Of a stretch of DNA of 64,000 nt, positions 37,560 to 48,156 are shown one piece after another. The position numbers and the translations under genes are program-made. The DNA comes from an uncultured Chloroflexia bacterium. Lineage in GTDB: Bacteria; Chloroflexota; Ktedonobacteria; Ktedonobacterales; Ktedonobacteraceae. Positions within the stretch are counted from its first letter, which is position 1. The number at the start of each line of letters is the position of its first letter. The notes under the pieces are model-generated. The model saw nothing but the letters and a program-made list of their open reading frames with translations, ran no database searches and had not been told where the DNA came from. Location: contig CAWFFV010000034.1 in NCBI GenBank assembly GCA_963814985.1, positions 110,749-174,748 on the forward strand, in the 5' to 3' direction.

Positions 37560-38870
37560 TTAGCTTTTCGACCCTTGCCCAAACTTTTTTTTCTTGTCTT
37601 CTGCAAGCTGAGGTACATCAAGTTTGTTTTGAGCGATTATAGGGAGCGAGGATGAGAAGCAAAATGGCGTCTGGTAGCAGCAATCTGAGAAAAGCCCTGA
37701 CGATGAAGAAGAGTGATGGCAAGATTGCGGAAAGCAGCCATGATTTGTGGAGCCTGACCAGAGCGCAAGCGAGAACGATCTTCGCCAAAGGTCACATCAC
37801 GAACATAATGAGAGGAGTTCTCAATGCCCCAATGTTCGCGAACCAATTCCAGTAAACGTGATGGATCAGCCTCCTGAGGAGTCAGAGGCGTAATGAGATA
37901 CACAACTTCCTGGCTGGTTTTTCCTGTTTTGCGAATGGTGACGGTTCGTGTGAGTTCGGCGACTTGTTGGATGAGTGGCCAGTCAGCAAGATACGAGTTC
38001 ATTTCGGTGCTCACACGCAGAGAACGCGTTTCAATGCGTCCCCGATGCTGATCAAGGGTGGAGCACTGGAGAAAAGAAGCGTGTGGATCGGCGAAATAGG
38101 TTGCCAGGTCTGCATAGAGGGTCGGCTGATTTTTTTGACCGTGAGGACGGTTTTCCCTCCTAATGCATCAACACACAACATGAAATTCTTTTGTGTATGC
38201 AGAGCATCAGCGGTAAAGACCCGCCCTGCTATGGGCAAGCAAGGCAAGAGCGCCTGGGCAATGGGGATCTCGTTGGTTTTCTCGGAAACAACAACTTGCA
38301 GCAAGGTTTCCTGGCTCTTGTGTGTGCGGAAGGAGAGCAGATGGGGAGCAGCATGCTCTGCCGTTTTGGCACCACGAACGGTCTTGCCATCCAAGGCAAT
38401 AGGATCGTCTGGTGCAGCGTGCAGCGTCCTGCGAATCCAGTCTGCCAATGCCCATTCGATCTGTTCAGCATTTAAACGGGGCAGGAGTTTGCGGAAGAGT
38501 AAATCGCTCGGACAAAGGAAGGTTCGTGCTCCAAACAGACGAATGAGCAAGCAACGCTGATCTCGGCACCACTGTCCAATGGCCAGGGTCGAATCACAAT
38601 TGCACAATAATGCTGCCACCAAGCAAGTGAGCAAGAAAGGCAAATCATAGCGTTGTCCATGCTTAGAGCGAGGATCGGGTAGGGTTGCAAACAGCTCATA
38701 GAGGCTCAACAATGGGCGATCTGCAAGCAACTGGTGTCGATGATCACTGCTGAGAGACGGCAGGGTGAGTGACAATGCGGTAGAATAGGTCATGTGAGAC
38801 TCCTCCTTGTAGATAGATCTGTTAGTACTTCCTATCTTACCAAGTTTTGGAGTCTCTTGCTCTCAGCAAT
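37560..38870 (-). mobile_element. ISAs1-family insertion sequence; boundaries are approximate.
   Basis: Encloses the frameshifted transposase. The element ends were not resolved by eye. Confidence 0.4.
37637..38793 (-). CDS. ISAs1-family (H-repeat-associated) DDE transposase, split into two ORFs by a frameshift at about 38011-38014.
   Basis: The N-terminal ORF has FATLPDPRSKHGQRYDL...LCN and IALDGKTVRG. The C-terminal ORF has REHWGIENSSHYVRDVTFGEDRSR, the ISAs1 signature. Confidence 0.8.
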
Positions 38871-39017
38871 AATTCACAAGCCCTGCATCATAAGGGCATA
38901 CCAGACTTGACAAAGATCGCCAAAATGCCTATAATACAAGTAAATCCGAGTTGACAAGTCAGGATTAGAGGAAGCAAACGGCTTTCTGCGCAGTGATAGA
39001 CACCAGCCAGTAAGTGG

Positions 39018-40433
39018 AGTAAATCTCATGAGTGGACAGGCATTTGAGCTGGAACAGGGTACGTATAGTGCCGGGTTCCACGTGGCTGAAAATTATGCAT
39101 TTAAGTCCGAAAGAGGGCTGAGACAGCAAAGTCGTTGAGCAGATCTCCGAGATGAAGGGCGAACCTGGCTGGATGCGCAATTCCGCCTCAAGAGCCTGGA
39201 TCTCTTCGAGAAACGTCCCATGCCAACCTGGGGTGCTGATCTGTCTGGCATTGACTTCGACAATATCTATCTATTATATTAAGCCAGTAGCAGAACAGGG
39301 GAAAACCTGGGACGATATTCCATCAGACATTAAGGACACCTTTGATCGACTGGGTATCCCGCAGGCTGAGCAGAAGTATCTGGCAGGCGTAACGGCACAG
39401 TACGAGAGTGAAGCGGTTTACCATAAAGTTCGTGAAGATCTTGAGAAGATCGGTGTGATCTTTACCGACATGGATACGGCTTTGCGCCAGTATCCTGACA
39501 TCTTGAAAGAGCATTTCGGCACCATTATTCCACCATCCGACAACAAATTCGCCTCGTTGAACAGTGCGGTGTGGAGTGGTGGCAGCTTTGTGTATGTGCC
39601 AGAGGGTGTACGTGTCGAAATTCCTCTCCAGGCTTACTTCCGCATTAATGCACAGAACATGGGCCAGTTCGAGCGCACCTTGATTATTGCTGCTCCTGGC
39701 TCCTATGTCCACTATGTTGAGGGTTGTACCGCCCCAACCTATGCCAGCGATAGCCTGCATAGCGCCGTCGTTGAGATCAAGGTCATGGAAGGTGCACGCG
39801 TTCGCTACACGACCATCCAGAACTGGTCGAAGAATGTCTACAATCTGGTGACCAAGCGTGCAGCAGCGTACCGGGATGCCACAATGGAATGGGTCGACGG
39901 AAACCTTGGCTCGAAGGTGACGATGAAGTATCCGGCAGTTCTTCTGATGGAGCCCGGTGCTCGTGGTGATATCCTTTCGGTTGCCTTTGCTAGCGATGGT
40001 ATGCACCAGGATGCTGGAGCCAAGGTCACGCATCTGGCACCGCATACGACATCGCAGAATTCTCTCGAAGTCTGTTTCCAAGGGGACAGGTCGAGCCTCC
40101 TATCGAGGTCTGGTCCGTATCAACCCTGGTGCACACCACACCAAATCCAGTGTTCGCTGTGACGCACTCTTGCTCGACGAGGATGCTCGCACCGATACCT
40201 ACCCAACCATCCGGGTAGAGAAGAACGAGACCGAGATCGGCCACGAAGCCACCGTCTCCAAAGTTGGTGAGGATCAGCTCTTCTACCTGATGAGCCGTGG
40301 CCTGGACGAGTCCGAAGCCTACTCTCTGATCGTCAATGGCTTCATTGAGCCGATCACCAAGGAGCTTCCCATGGAGTACGCGGTTGAGTTGAACCGCCTG
40401 ATCCAGTTGGAGATGTCCGGCAGCGTGGGCTAA
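39018..40433 (+). CDS. sufB: Fe-S cluster assembly protein SufB, carrying at least 3 apparent frameshifts (near 39175, 39285 and 40030-40090), with no sufC/sufD/sufS adjacent.
   Basis: Colinear SufB blocks (ISEMKGEPGWM, FRLKSLDLFEKRPMPTWGADLSGIDFDNIY, YYIKP...TFDRLGIPQAEQKYLAGV, HLAPHTTSQ, ASYRGLV...CDALLLD...GHEATVSKV...FYLMSRG...EYAVELNRLI) are distributed over three frames. Confidence 0.75.
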
Positions 40434-40450
40434 AGCATAATTCAAAGAAA

Positions 40451-40490
40451 AGCAGGAGTTATCAGATAGGTAACTCCTGCTTTTTGTAAT
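40451..40490 (+). terminator. Rho-independent terminator downstream of sufB.
   Basis: AGCAGGAGTT-atcagataggt-AACTCCTGCT followed by TTTTTGT. Confidence 0.55.
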
Positions 40491-40612
40491 ACTTCTCCTC
40501 ACCACCTGCGGTGGCTCGCTCTGGTTTTATTGTCGATGGCGGGGGTTGCGCCACAACCCCCGCCATCGACAATAAAATGTCTTGCGAAGCGCCTTGGGCG
40601 CTGAGGAATCAA
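40471..40612 (+). repeat. Family-1 MITE copy; the right TIR is degenerate.
   Basis: Reads GTAACTCCTGC...CTCACCACCTGCGGTGGCTCGCTCT-[palindrome GGTTTTATTGTCGATGGCGGGGGTTGCGCCACAACCCCCGCCATCGACAATAAAATG]-TCTTGCGAAGCGCCTTGGGCGCTGAGGAATCAAATG. Confidence 0.7.
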
Positions 40613-40687
40613 ATGAGAAATGTAGCTTCGCTCTTTTGCGTATTTTTAAAGGTTCAGGTTGGATTTTGTTCATGCCAGCCGCCAGAG

Positions 40688-41833
40688 CTACAATATAAAC
40701 GACTGAACGTGTAACAAAACACCCACCAGGAAAACCACAAATGTCAGTGTATAGAACTGCATGGCCCAGAGGATAACCCTATTGCGCGCGGTTATGCCAT
40801 AGAGCAGTCCTGCCAGCACTAAGGCGATAGTGACACGGCCACAGGAGATAAGTTCAATATAAGAATAGTGAGACATCAATATAATCATCAAGAGATTTGC
40901 CAGCCAGATGAAAAACATCGGCCCTATCCGTCGTCGCATCATTTCCATACCGGCCAGGATACAACTTCCCAGCGTAGGAATGAACATCAGCAGAAACAAT
41001 AACCAGAATTTCCTGGGTGTATCGAAATAAAAGAATATACCTGCAAACGGTGTGTGCTCGAAAGGAGGCGTAAAGGTCAGTCCCGTGGCACCAAAAATCT
41101 TCCATAATATCACTAACCATGCTATCAGCGGCATAATTCCCAGTGTGGTTAACAAAATAACTTCTTTCCAGCGCTTGTGGATGAAGAAGAATGCCACATA
41201 CCCGGCGGGAAACAAAACCGCCGTTTCTCGTGATAAGCTCGCTAATCCCATAAATATAGCAGCCCAACCTATATATTCCTCTTCAAGCAGCCAGACACCG
41301 ATACAGAGCAGCAGACAGGCAAAAGGTTCGGCAGTATCGAAGGTGAGAGCGACAGCTTGCCCAAAGTACAGACCGAGGGCGAGACTAAACCAGGGAGAGA
41401 AATGATGCTTGATCAGTAGACGGGAGACGACTTCGACGCTGAAAACTATCGAGAGCCAGTTCACAAAAAGGAGGAGATACGGAAGAAGAGCGGTCTTTCC
41501 CAGGCTGAGTACAAAAACAACTAGAGGATAGAGAATGCGTTGATATCGATAAGGCGCATTATCCATAAAATTGTATGCAGTCAGCGGATTATGCGCAAGC
41601 TGATAATAAAATTGTCCATCATAGCCCCAGGTACCACCTTTGTTATGTTCCGACCAGACCGTTCCCAGGTGGGCATAGTCCAGAGCACTATAGTTTCTTG
41701 TGAGAGAAATAAAAACTATAAATGTAAGATACATAATAGCCATGATAACTGAGGGGCGAAAAACAATGGTAAATGACAATCTTAGTACAGTAGAGGTGGA
41801 TGGTCTGACTTCTACAACGAGATGGTCTTTCAT
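40688..41833 (-). CDS. Polytopic integral membrane protein, possibly a GT-C-like glycosyltransferase or polymer-synthesis protein.
   Basis: There are at least 10 TM helices and a GYDGQFYYQLA loop motif, but no confident family assignment. Confidence 0.4.
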   Translation of the reverse strand: MKDHLVVEVRPSTSTVLRLSFTIVFRPSVIMAIMYLTFIVFISLTRNYSALDYAHLGTVWSEHNKGGTWGYDGQFYYQLAHNPLTAYNFMDNAPYRYQRILYPLVVFVLSLGKTALLPYLLLFVNWLSIVFSVEVVSRLLIKHHFSPWFSLALGLYFGQAVALTFDTAEPFACLLLCIGVWLLEEEYIGWAAIFMGLASLSRETAVLFPAGYVAFFFIHKRWKEVILLTTLGIMPLIAWLVILWKIFGATGLTFTPPFEHTPFAGIFFYFDTPRKFWLLFLLMFIPTLGSCILAGMEMMRRRIGPMFFIWLANLLMIILMSHYSYIELISCGRVTIALVLAGLLYGITARNRVILWAMQFYTLTFVVFLVGVLLHVQSFIL

Positions 41834-42206
41834 GCTCCCTCACCATTACAAGGCTACGCTGCCTTGTTGGCTCCTCAGAACATACCCTACAATATATTTC
41901 ATAGGCAAACTGAGAGGTGATTATACACATTCCGCCAGAGCAGATGAAACCAGATCTCCCGATCAGTGTTTAATGCAAGATCATTATAAGTATACCTGAA
42001 CAATAAGTATTACACAAGTTAAGGAACCTCAATTCGTTTCAATATCGTCGGAGGAGAGGTAATGGAACCAGCAACCTTGCTCAATCCTGCACTCTCGTGT
42101 ACAATCAGGCGAACACTCGTAACCTGCAACACGCAGAAACGTAAATACAAAGAGGGAACACGCTCTCCTTCAACACATTACAACCAGAAGAGGTAGGATA
42201 GAACAC

Positions 42207-44156
42207 TTGGCCCACTGCCTTAATCCGCGCTCCGGCGGGGGACACAACAACTCGGATACAGCCATTAGCTGTCAACGCTGCGGCTTTCTCATCCAGGGAG
42301 CGCACATTGGCATCTATGAAGTTATCTCCTTCATTGGTGCAGGTAGCTATGGCTATGTCTACAAAGTGCGTGAACCGATCCCTCTCAGTCGTATCCTGGC
42401 TCTCAAGGTTCTGCGCCTTGATCAGTTCAACGAGAAAGCCCAGGCGAGCTTTTTCCAGGAAGCACGGCGCATCGCCAATATGCAGCACCCTAATATCTTG
42501 CCGATCTACAATTTTGGGCAAATAGAGGAGAACGAGCAACCCTATCTTGTTATGGAATATGCTCCTCAGACAATCACTGACCTCTTCCGCAAATCTGATG
42601 GGAGCATACGTCTGGCCTACGCCGAAGAACTTACCTCTTATATCCAACAGGCCGCAGATGCTCTGCACTATGTACATAAGAGCGGCCTTATCCATCAGGA
42701 TGTTAAGCCTGGGAACCTGCTGATTGGGCGCAGCAAGCAACTGCTGCTTTCCGACTTTGGCACCACTTTCTATCTTGGTATGCAGACACATGCATCTCTC
42801 GGCGAAGCTACCGGGACAGCGGCCTATATGCCACCGGAACAATGGCGAGGTCATCCACGGCGTGACTCTGACCAGTATGCGCTTGCCATCTGTTGTTATG
42901 AATTGCTCGCAGGTCGTCCTCCTTTTGTTTACAGCCGACTGGAGGAGATGTGGAGTGCGCATATAAACGAGCCGCCGCCAGCACCACAACAATGGAATCC
43001 ACGTATCCCCGTAGAGGTAAGTGCGATACTCTTGCGTGCTCTTGCCAAAGACTATCGCCAGCGCTATGCCAGCATAACCGACTTTGCAGACAGTTATGCC
43101 AGCGCGGTACAGATCGCCTTGCAACGCTATGTCTGTCAGGCATGTGGACAGCAGAACCGTAGTGGAGCGCAGCGCTGTGCTATCTGTGGTGCTGAATATG
43201 ATAACCGCCATTGCCTCTTTTGTGAGACACCTGTACGCTTTGGGCAACGCTGTTGCTCAGCATGTGGACGTCTGACAATTCCATCAACAATGGCCTTGCG
43301 TAGCCCACTTGTGGGTGTGAGCATACGCCAGGGACGCTATACAATTAAGCGTGTCCTCAAACAATCTGACGAGACCCATGTTATGTCGGCTATTGCCAGT
43401 GATGCTCAAAGGCATGAACAACTTGTGATGCTCAAGCGCTGGGAGTGCGCTGATGGTACACTTACCCATCGGGCTAAAGATGTAGCCTACTATGAACATG
43501 CCACAACAGCACTCACGAGGCTCCATCATCCGTTGATCCCGGCTGTACGAGATCGCTTTGCTGAGGGTAAACATTATTACCTGGTACAGGATTATATCGA
43601 CGGCGAGAGCCTGGAAGAACTTCTGCAAAAACTCCTGCGACCATTACCAGAACGAGATATTCCTGGCTATCTCAATACGCTACTCAATATCCTGATAGTC
43701 TTAGAGCAGCAAAAGCCTCCTGTGTACCACTATGATATCTCGCCAGCTAATATCATCATTGAGAGGAAGCGTGGAAGAGCCATACTTACAGGCTTTCAGA
43801 TTTTGCCACCGCCACCGCAGCCTTCACCTGGCCCACAAGTTGAAGCTCGCAGACATCGCACCACCCGTAAACTGGTAGTTTCACCATATCTCCCTCTCCA
43901 GGATAAACCCTATGACCAGCGAACCTGCATCTATAGTCTGGCTGCAAGTATGCATCATGTCCTGACGAATATCGCGCCACCGCACTACCCGGCATACCCA
44001 TCTGTGCGTCTCCTCAATCCCAACATTTCATGCGAGCTGGAAGCCATTCTCAGTCGCGCCTTGCAGGAGGATAGTGCTGCTCGCTACCAGAGTTATGAGG
44101 CGATGAAGAGGGATCTCCAGGGACTTTTGTCAACAAAAGGGAAGGCCACTCACTAG
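42207..44156 (+). CDS. Ser/Thr protein kinase with two central zinc-ribbon motifs and a C-terminal second (pseudo)kinase-like domain.
   Basis: The Hanks kinase motifs are present (GAGSYGYVYK, ALKVLR, HQDVKPGNLL, DFG, AYMPPE), followed by CQACGQQ...CAICG and CLFCETPV...CSACG, and then a second kinase-like fold (HYDISPANIII). Confidence 0.88.
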   Translation: MAHCLNPRSGGGHNNSDTAISCQRCGFLIQGAHIGIYEVISFIGAGSYGYVYKVREPIPLSRILALKVLRLDQFNEKAQASFFQEARRIANMQHPNILPIYNFGQIEENEQPYLVMEYAPQTITDLFRKSDGSIRLAYAEELTSYIQQAADALHYVHKSGLIHQDVKPGNLLIGRSKQLLLSDFGTTFYLGMQTHASLGEATGTAAYMPPEQWRGHPRRDSDQYALAICCYELLAGRPPFVYSRLEEMWSAHINEPPPAPQQWNPRIPVEVSAILLRALAKDYRQRYASITDFADSYASAVQIALQRYVCQACGQQNRSGAQRCAICGAEYDNRHCLFCETPVRFGQRCCSACGRLTIPSTMALRSPLVGVSIRQGRYTIKRVLKQSDETHVMSAIASDAQRHEQLVMLKRWECADGTLTHRAKDVAYYEHATTALTRLHHPLIPAVRDRFAEGKHYYLVQDYIDGESLEELLQKLLRPLPERDIPGYLNTLLNILIVLEQQKPPVYHYDISPANIIIERKRGRAILTGFQILPPPPQPSPGPQVEARRHRTTRKLVVSPYLPLQDKPYDQRTCIYSLAASMHHVLTNIAPPHYPAYPSVRLLNPNISCELEAILSRALQEDSAARYQSYEAMKRDLQGLLSTKGKATH

Positions 44157-44223
44157 AAGTAAGGCTCCTTGAGACTGCACGAAAAGACAAAAATATGCTA
44201 CACTAGCGCAAATAGAACAAGAA

Positions 44224-44874
44224 ATGAGGCCGCATATGAGCAAGCTTGTGCGAGACGATGAAGCACTACTCATTGCCCGTAGCCAGCGCGGGGATGCCAA
44301 TGCATTTAACCAATTGGTCTTGCACTATCAGCAAACCATCTTTGGTGCTGCCTACCGCATGCTTGGAGATTCTGAGATTGCTGCAGACGTGACACAAGAT
44401 ACCTTTCTCGCTGCCTTTCGTAGCATGCAAAGTTACCGGGGAGGGTCCTCATTCCGAGCCTGGCTCTTGCGTATCAGTTCTAATCTGGTCTACGATCACT
44501 GGCGGCGTATACAACGGCATCCCGCCGAATCGCTAGATGCTCTGACCGAAGAGGATGAGCCACATTCTCCTGGTCTCTTGAGTGCTCTGACAGCGAGTGG
44601 GCAAGAAGGAAATCCTGAAGAGACTTTACTCACAAAGGAGCTACAGCAACTCATTCAAGAAGGATTACAGTTGCTTCCCTTTGATCAGCGAACAGCGGTC
44701 ATTCTTTGTGATATACAGGGACTTTCCTACGAAGAAGTGGCGGAGGCGACACAAACAACACTGGGCACTATACGTTCACGGATCTCACGTGGACGCGCAC
44801 GCATGCGCAACTATTTCTATCAGCACAGGGAACTTTTACCGCGTAACTATCGTCTTACCAATAGTAATGAGTGA
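44224..44874 (+). CDS. ECF-type RNA polymerase sigma-70 factor.
   Basis: Sigma-2 and sigma-4 regions are present (YRMLGDSEIAADVTQDTFLAAFRS..., GLSYEEVAEATQTTLGTIRSRISRGR). Confidence 0.88.
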   Translation: MRPHMSKLVRDDEALLIARSQRGDANAFNQLVLHYQQTIFGAAYRMLGDSEIAADVTQDTFLAAFRSMQSYRGGSSFRAWLLRISSNLVYDHWRRIQRHPAESLDALTEEDEPHSPGLLSALTASGQEGNPEETLLTKELQQLIQEGLQLLPFDQRTAVILCDIQGLSYEEVAEATQTTLGTIRSRISRGRARMRNYFYQHRELLPRNYRLTNSNE

Positions 44875-45607
44875 TACTAATGGGAGCATACGTGTGGCAC
44901 AACATGATCAGCACATAACAACTGAACAGCTTTCTGCATTTCTCGATGGACACCTCTCTTCAGGTGAGCAAACCCGATGCGATGGACACCTGAAAACGTG
45001 TGAGCTGTGTCGGCATGAGCTAGCAGACTTACGGCAGACCGTAGCACTCCTGCACGCTCTGCCACAACCCGTGCTCCCTCGCTCTTTCGTACTGCCCGTC
45101 GATACAGCACTGACATCTGGAGCGACCAGGAGAGCACAGCAAACTTTGACATCAGCTAGAGCCAGCAAGCCGCACATCTGGCCTGCCTATGTTCGTCATA
45201 CGATACAAACCACGAGTGCTATCGCCGCTGCCATAGGGATCGTTTTTCTGTTATCTGGCCTGCTAACAATGGGAGTCGGTACCGCTATGATGACCGTGTC
45301 AGCACCGGCAAGCCCATTCGTAGGAAGTAGATCACAAGATGTAAGAGCAGATGGTAAGGGCACGCCATTGCCACAACTGCAAACCAAAGTGCCAAACGCT
45401 CCAACACCAGCAGCGACCAGTGCGAAATCTCAAAGTGGGAAGGTTGATACCCAGACTGTTCCGCCAGTTTTGCCTATCTCACCCATCACAATCCTTTTTG
45501 AGATGGGTACATCCACAGAGCGGGAAGCGATCGGTTTACTCTTGCTTCTTCTGGCTATCGCAGGATTTTTCCTGCCGATACGACAAAGAAAGCGTAAGGA
45601 AGGCTAG
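44867..45607 (+). CDS. Anti-sigma factor (zinc-finger HxxxCxxC type) with one TM helix, translationally coupled to the ECF sigma gene.
   Basis: The start ATGAGTGA overlaps the sigma-factor stop. The motif SAFLDGHLSSGEQTRCDGHLKTCELCRHELADL is followed by the TM segment AIAAAIGIVFLLSGLL. Confidence 0.75.
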   Translation: MSDTNGSIRVAQHDQHITTEQLSAFLDGHLSSGEQTRCDGHLKTCELCRHELADLRQTVALLHALPQPVLPRSFVLPVDTALTSGATRRAQQTLTSARASKPHIWPAYVRHTIQTTSAIAAAIGIVFLLSGLLTMGVGTAMMTVSAPASPFVGSRSQDVRADGKGTPLPQLQTKVPNAPTPAATSAKSQSGKVDTQTVPPVLPISPITILFEMGTSTEREAIGLLLLLLAIAGFFLPIRQRKRKEG

Positions 45608-45610
45608 GAA

Positions 45611-45650
45611 AAAAGCGCCTCTCAAAGTATTTTGAGAGGCGCTTTTTTTA
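45611..45650 (+). terminator. Strong rho-independent terminator (bidirectional: A-tract / 13-bp stem / T-tract).
   Basis: AAAA-AGCGCCTCTCAAA-gtat-TTTGAGAGGCGCT-TTTTTTT. Confidence 0.8.
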
Positions 45651-45770
45651 TATTCCATTTCTCCTAATTTCTATGGCACCTTGCAATTTTTATATAGTTT
45701 TTTGTATATTCGATGATAATTACGATATTTTTAACAGGTTTCGCGACATAGTATAGATAGGACTTGGACC

Positions 45771-46547
45771 ATGAATAACCCTCTCTTACTCTTTCCCCCA
45801 GCTATTAATGTGATCGTCACTGGTCTCTTTGCTGGCATGGTACTGCGTCAATACCTTAGACGCCATCGTGCCTCCCAACTTTACTGGGCCATTGCACTCA
45901 GTATGGCTTTTCTTGCAACGCTATCCTACGTCCTGATGATCGCTGTACAACCTACCAGCCCCGGCGGAGTACTATTTTTTCGACTGTATTATATTCTGGG
46001 GGCAGCGCTTATGCCTGCATGGTTAGGCCTGGGTAGTATCGCCCTGGTCAGTAGCCCTCGTGTCACACGTATCAGCCTCATCGTCTTAAGTATTTTGAGC
46101 GTGCTATCAGCCGCATTAATCTTTGCCGCCAGCATTAACATGCAGAAGCTGGGCGAAATTGCTGGCACACCTGGTACAGGTACATTATATCCAGGAGCAT
46201 GGCTCAGCACTATCATTGGTCTCAATACGCTGGGGGTTGTGGCCGTAGTGGGTGTTGCTATCTATTCAGGGTGGAAATTGCTACGCCGACAATCCAGTAT
46301 AGCGGGTTTCCATGCGGGTAATCTCGTGTGGGCTAATGTACTTATCCTGCTTGGTGATCTGCTGAACGCGGCTGCTGGGACCTCGGCTCGCCTCCTGGGT
46401 GTGGAAAGCACATTCTGGCTGATTATGGCTGTTGGGTGGACGGTCTTCTTTACAGGGGTCTGGCTCACCAACCGACGCCCGAACACCGCCAGACCACCAG
46501 TGCCACCGCAAAAAGACTCAGAGCAGCGCGTAGCATCTTCATCTTAG
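45771..46547 (+). CDS. Hypothetical integral membrane protein (about 7 TM).
   Basis: Hydrophobic helices throughout, with no recognised family. Confidence 0.5.
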   Translation: MNNPLLLFPPAINVIVTGLFAGMVLRQYLRRHRASQLYWAIALSMAFLATLSYVLMIAVQPTSPGGVLFFRLYYILGAALMPAWLGLGSIALVSSPRVTRISLIVLSILSVLSAALIFAASINMQKLGEIAGTPGTGTLYPGAWLSTIIGLNTLGVVAVVGVAIYSGWKLLRRQSSIAGFHAGNLVWANVLILLGDLLNAAAGTSARLLGVESTFWLIMAVGWTVFFTGVWLTNRRPNTARPPVPPQKDSEQRVASSS

Positions 46548-46609
46548 GCTTATCCATCCAACAGAAATGGGGCACCCTTACAGATGCCCCTTAAAAACAA
46601 CCATGGTAG

Positions 46610-47956
46610 TTAACCCGCCTGTGCCTGTAATTCACCAAGAGTGGCATTAACTGTCAACTGCTGGTTACCACGATAGACTTTAACGGAAACCGTATCACCC
46701 GGGTTCTTCGTGATCAGAGCACCAGTGAGTGAAGCGCTATCCGTAACCGTCTGATTATCGATCTGGACGATAACATCACCTTGCTGGAGTCCTGCATGTG
46801 CTGCTGCCCCACCATCCACTACCTTTGCAATGAACACCCCCTGAGTCACTGCGAGGCTATACTGAGCAGCCACATTAGGATCAACGTCTATTACTTCGAT
46901 GCCCAGGCCTGCTCGACCTGTATGTGTCACTTGACCATCCTTGATGATCTGCGGAACAATAAAGTTCACACGGTTTGATGGGATAGCAAAACCTACGCCA
47001 CTGGCTGGTGTCCTGAACTCAGGGTCAATAGCCGTAAGGGTGGGGATACCAATGAGATGGCCTTGTAAGTCCACCAGTGCACCACCACTGTTACCTGGGT
47101 TAATCGGAGCATCTGTCTGGATAGCGTCAGGGATATTCGCGCCTCCTTGCCCCTCAGAGACACTACGATTGAGGGCACTGATAATACCATTCGTCACGGT
47201 CTGCGTAATCCCTAATGGGTTGCCAATAGCCAGTACTTCCTGTCCTACAAGTAACTTCGATGAATCGCCTAGCGTAGCTACTGTTATGTTAGCCGGTGGA
47301 TTGATTTTCAGCACAGCGAGATCATCAGTTGGATCAACTCCTGCGACATGGCCAGTCAAGTGTACTCCATCAGACATTACGACCTGGATACCTTGTGCCC
47401 CATTTACAACATGATAATTGGTGATAATATAGCCACGCTTGTCTACAATAACACCTGAACCAAGAGCAGCACCCTGTGCCGTGTCTACATTGACCTGTAC
47501 GACCGTGGGTCGCATTTTGGCAATAACCGCCTCACGTATGGATTCAATGTTGTTGCCAGAAAGCGGAGGAATCGTGACTTGCGGGCTTACTCCTGTCTGC
47601 AATGACCCGACATTTGGACTGGTGGCAACTGCGGTAGTACCTCCTCTTCCAAACTGCCAACCTGCAAAGAGGCCAGTGCCGAAGACGATGGCGAGCAATA
47701 CCATCAGGCCTACAATAGCTCCCGTCCGCAATCCTTGAGCCGGGGGTTGACTACCGGTAAAGAGCGGTGCCTGCTGTGATACAGATCGAGACGCCGCCGC
47801 TTGTGACAACAGTAGAGGCCGTTCTTCTGTATATGGCGTAACAGGTTGTTGTACAGGTGGATATGGTACCTGTGGTGAGTGTTGAGGTATGGGTTGTTGC
47901 ACTGCATACTCTTGATATGGTACTGTTGACTCATTATTTGCATCTGGATATAGCAT
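46610..47956 (-). CDS. htrA: HtrA/DegP-family S1C serine protease with a PDZ domain, an N-terminal Pro/Gln-rich region and a TM anchor.
   Basis: The catalytic-triad contexts are present (TNYHVV, DLAVLKI, GNSGGAL), and a PDZ domain lies at the C-terminus. Confidence 0.88.
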   Translation of the reverse strand: MLYPDANNESTVPYQEYAVQQPIPQHSPQVPYPPVQQPVTPYTEERPLLLSQAAASRSVSQQAPLFTGSQPPAQGLRTGAIVGLMVLLAIVFGTGLFAGWQFGRGGTTAVATSPNVGSLQTGVSPQVTIPPLSGNNIESIREAVIAKMRPTVVQVNVDTAQGAALGSGVIVDKRGYIITNYHVVNGAQGIQVVMSDGVHLTGHVAGVDPTDDLAVLKINPPANITVATLGDSSKLLVGQEVLAIGNPLGITQTVTNGIISALNRSVSEGQGGANIPDAIQTDAPINPGNSGGALVDLQGHLIGIPTLTAIDPEFRTPASGVGFAIPSNRVNFIVPQIIKDGQVTHTGRAGLGIEVIDVDPNVAAQYSLAVTQGVFIAKVVDGGAAAHAGLQQGDVIVQIDNQTVTDSASLTGALITKNPGDTVSVKVYRGNQQLTVNATLGELQAQAG

Positions 47957-48156
47957 TGTTGTTCATCTCCCCAGTTCTCTATCGTCAACTATATTACTAT
48001 GTAAACGTTTTATTTTTGTTCCTATGCATACTATACCGCATGATGGTCAGAAAACTTTGAGAGATTTGTAAAAAGTTTGTATAGTAGTGGAGGACTTGTT
48101 CAGAACAGGCGATGATGCGATAATGGGAATTTACATAGAGCAGGAGATAAGCACTA

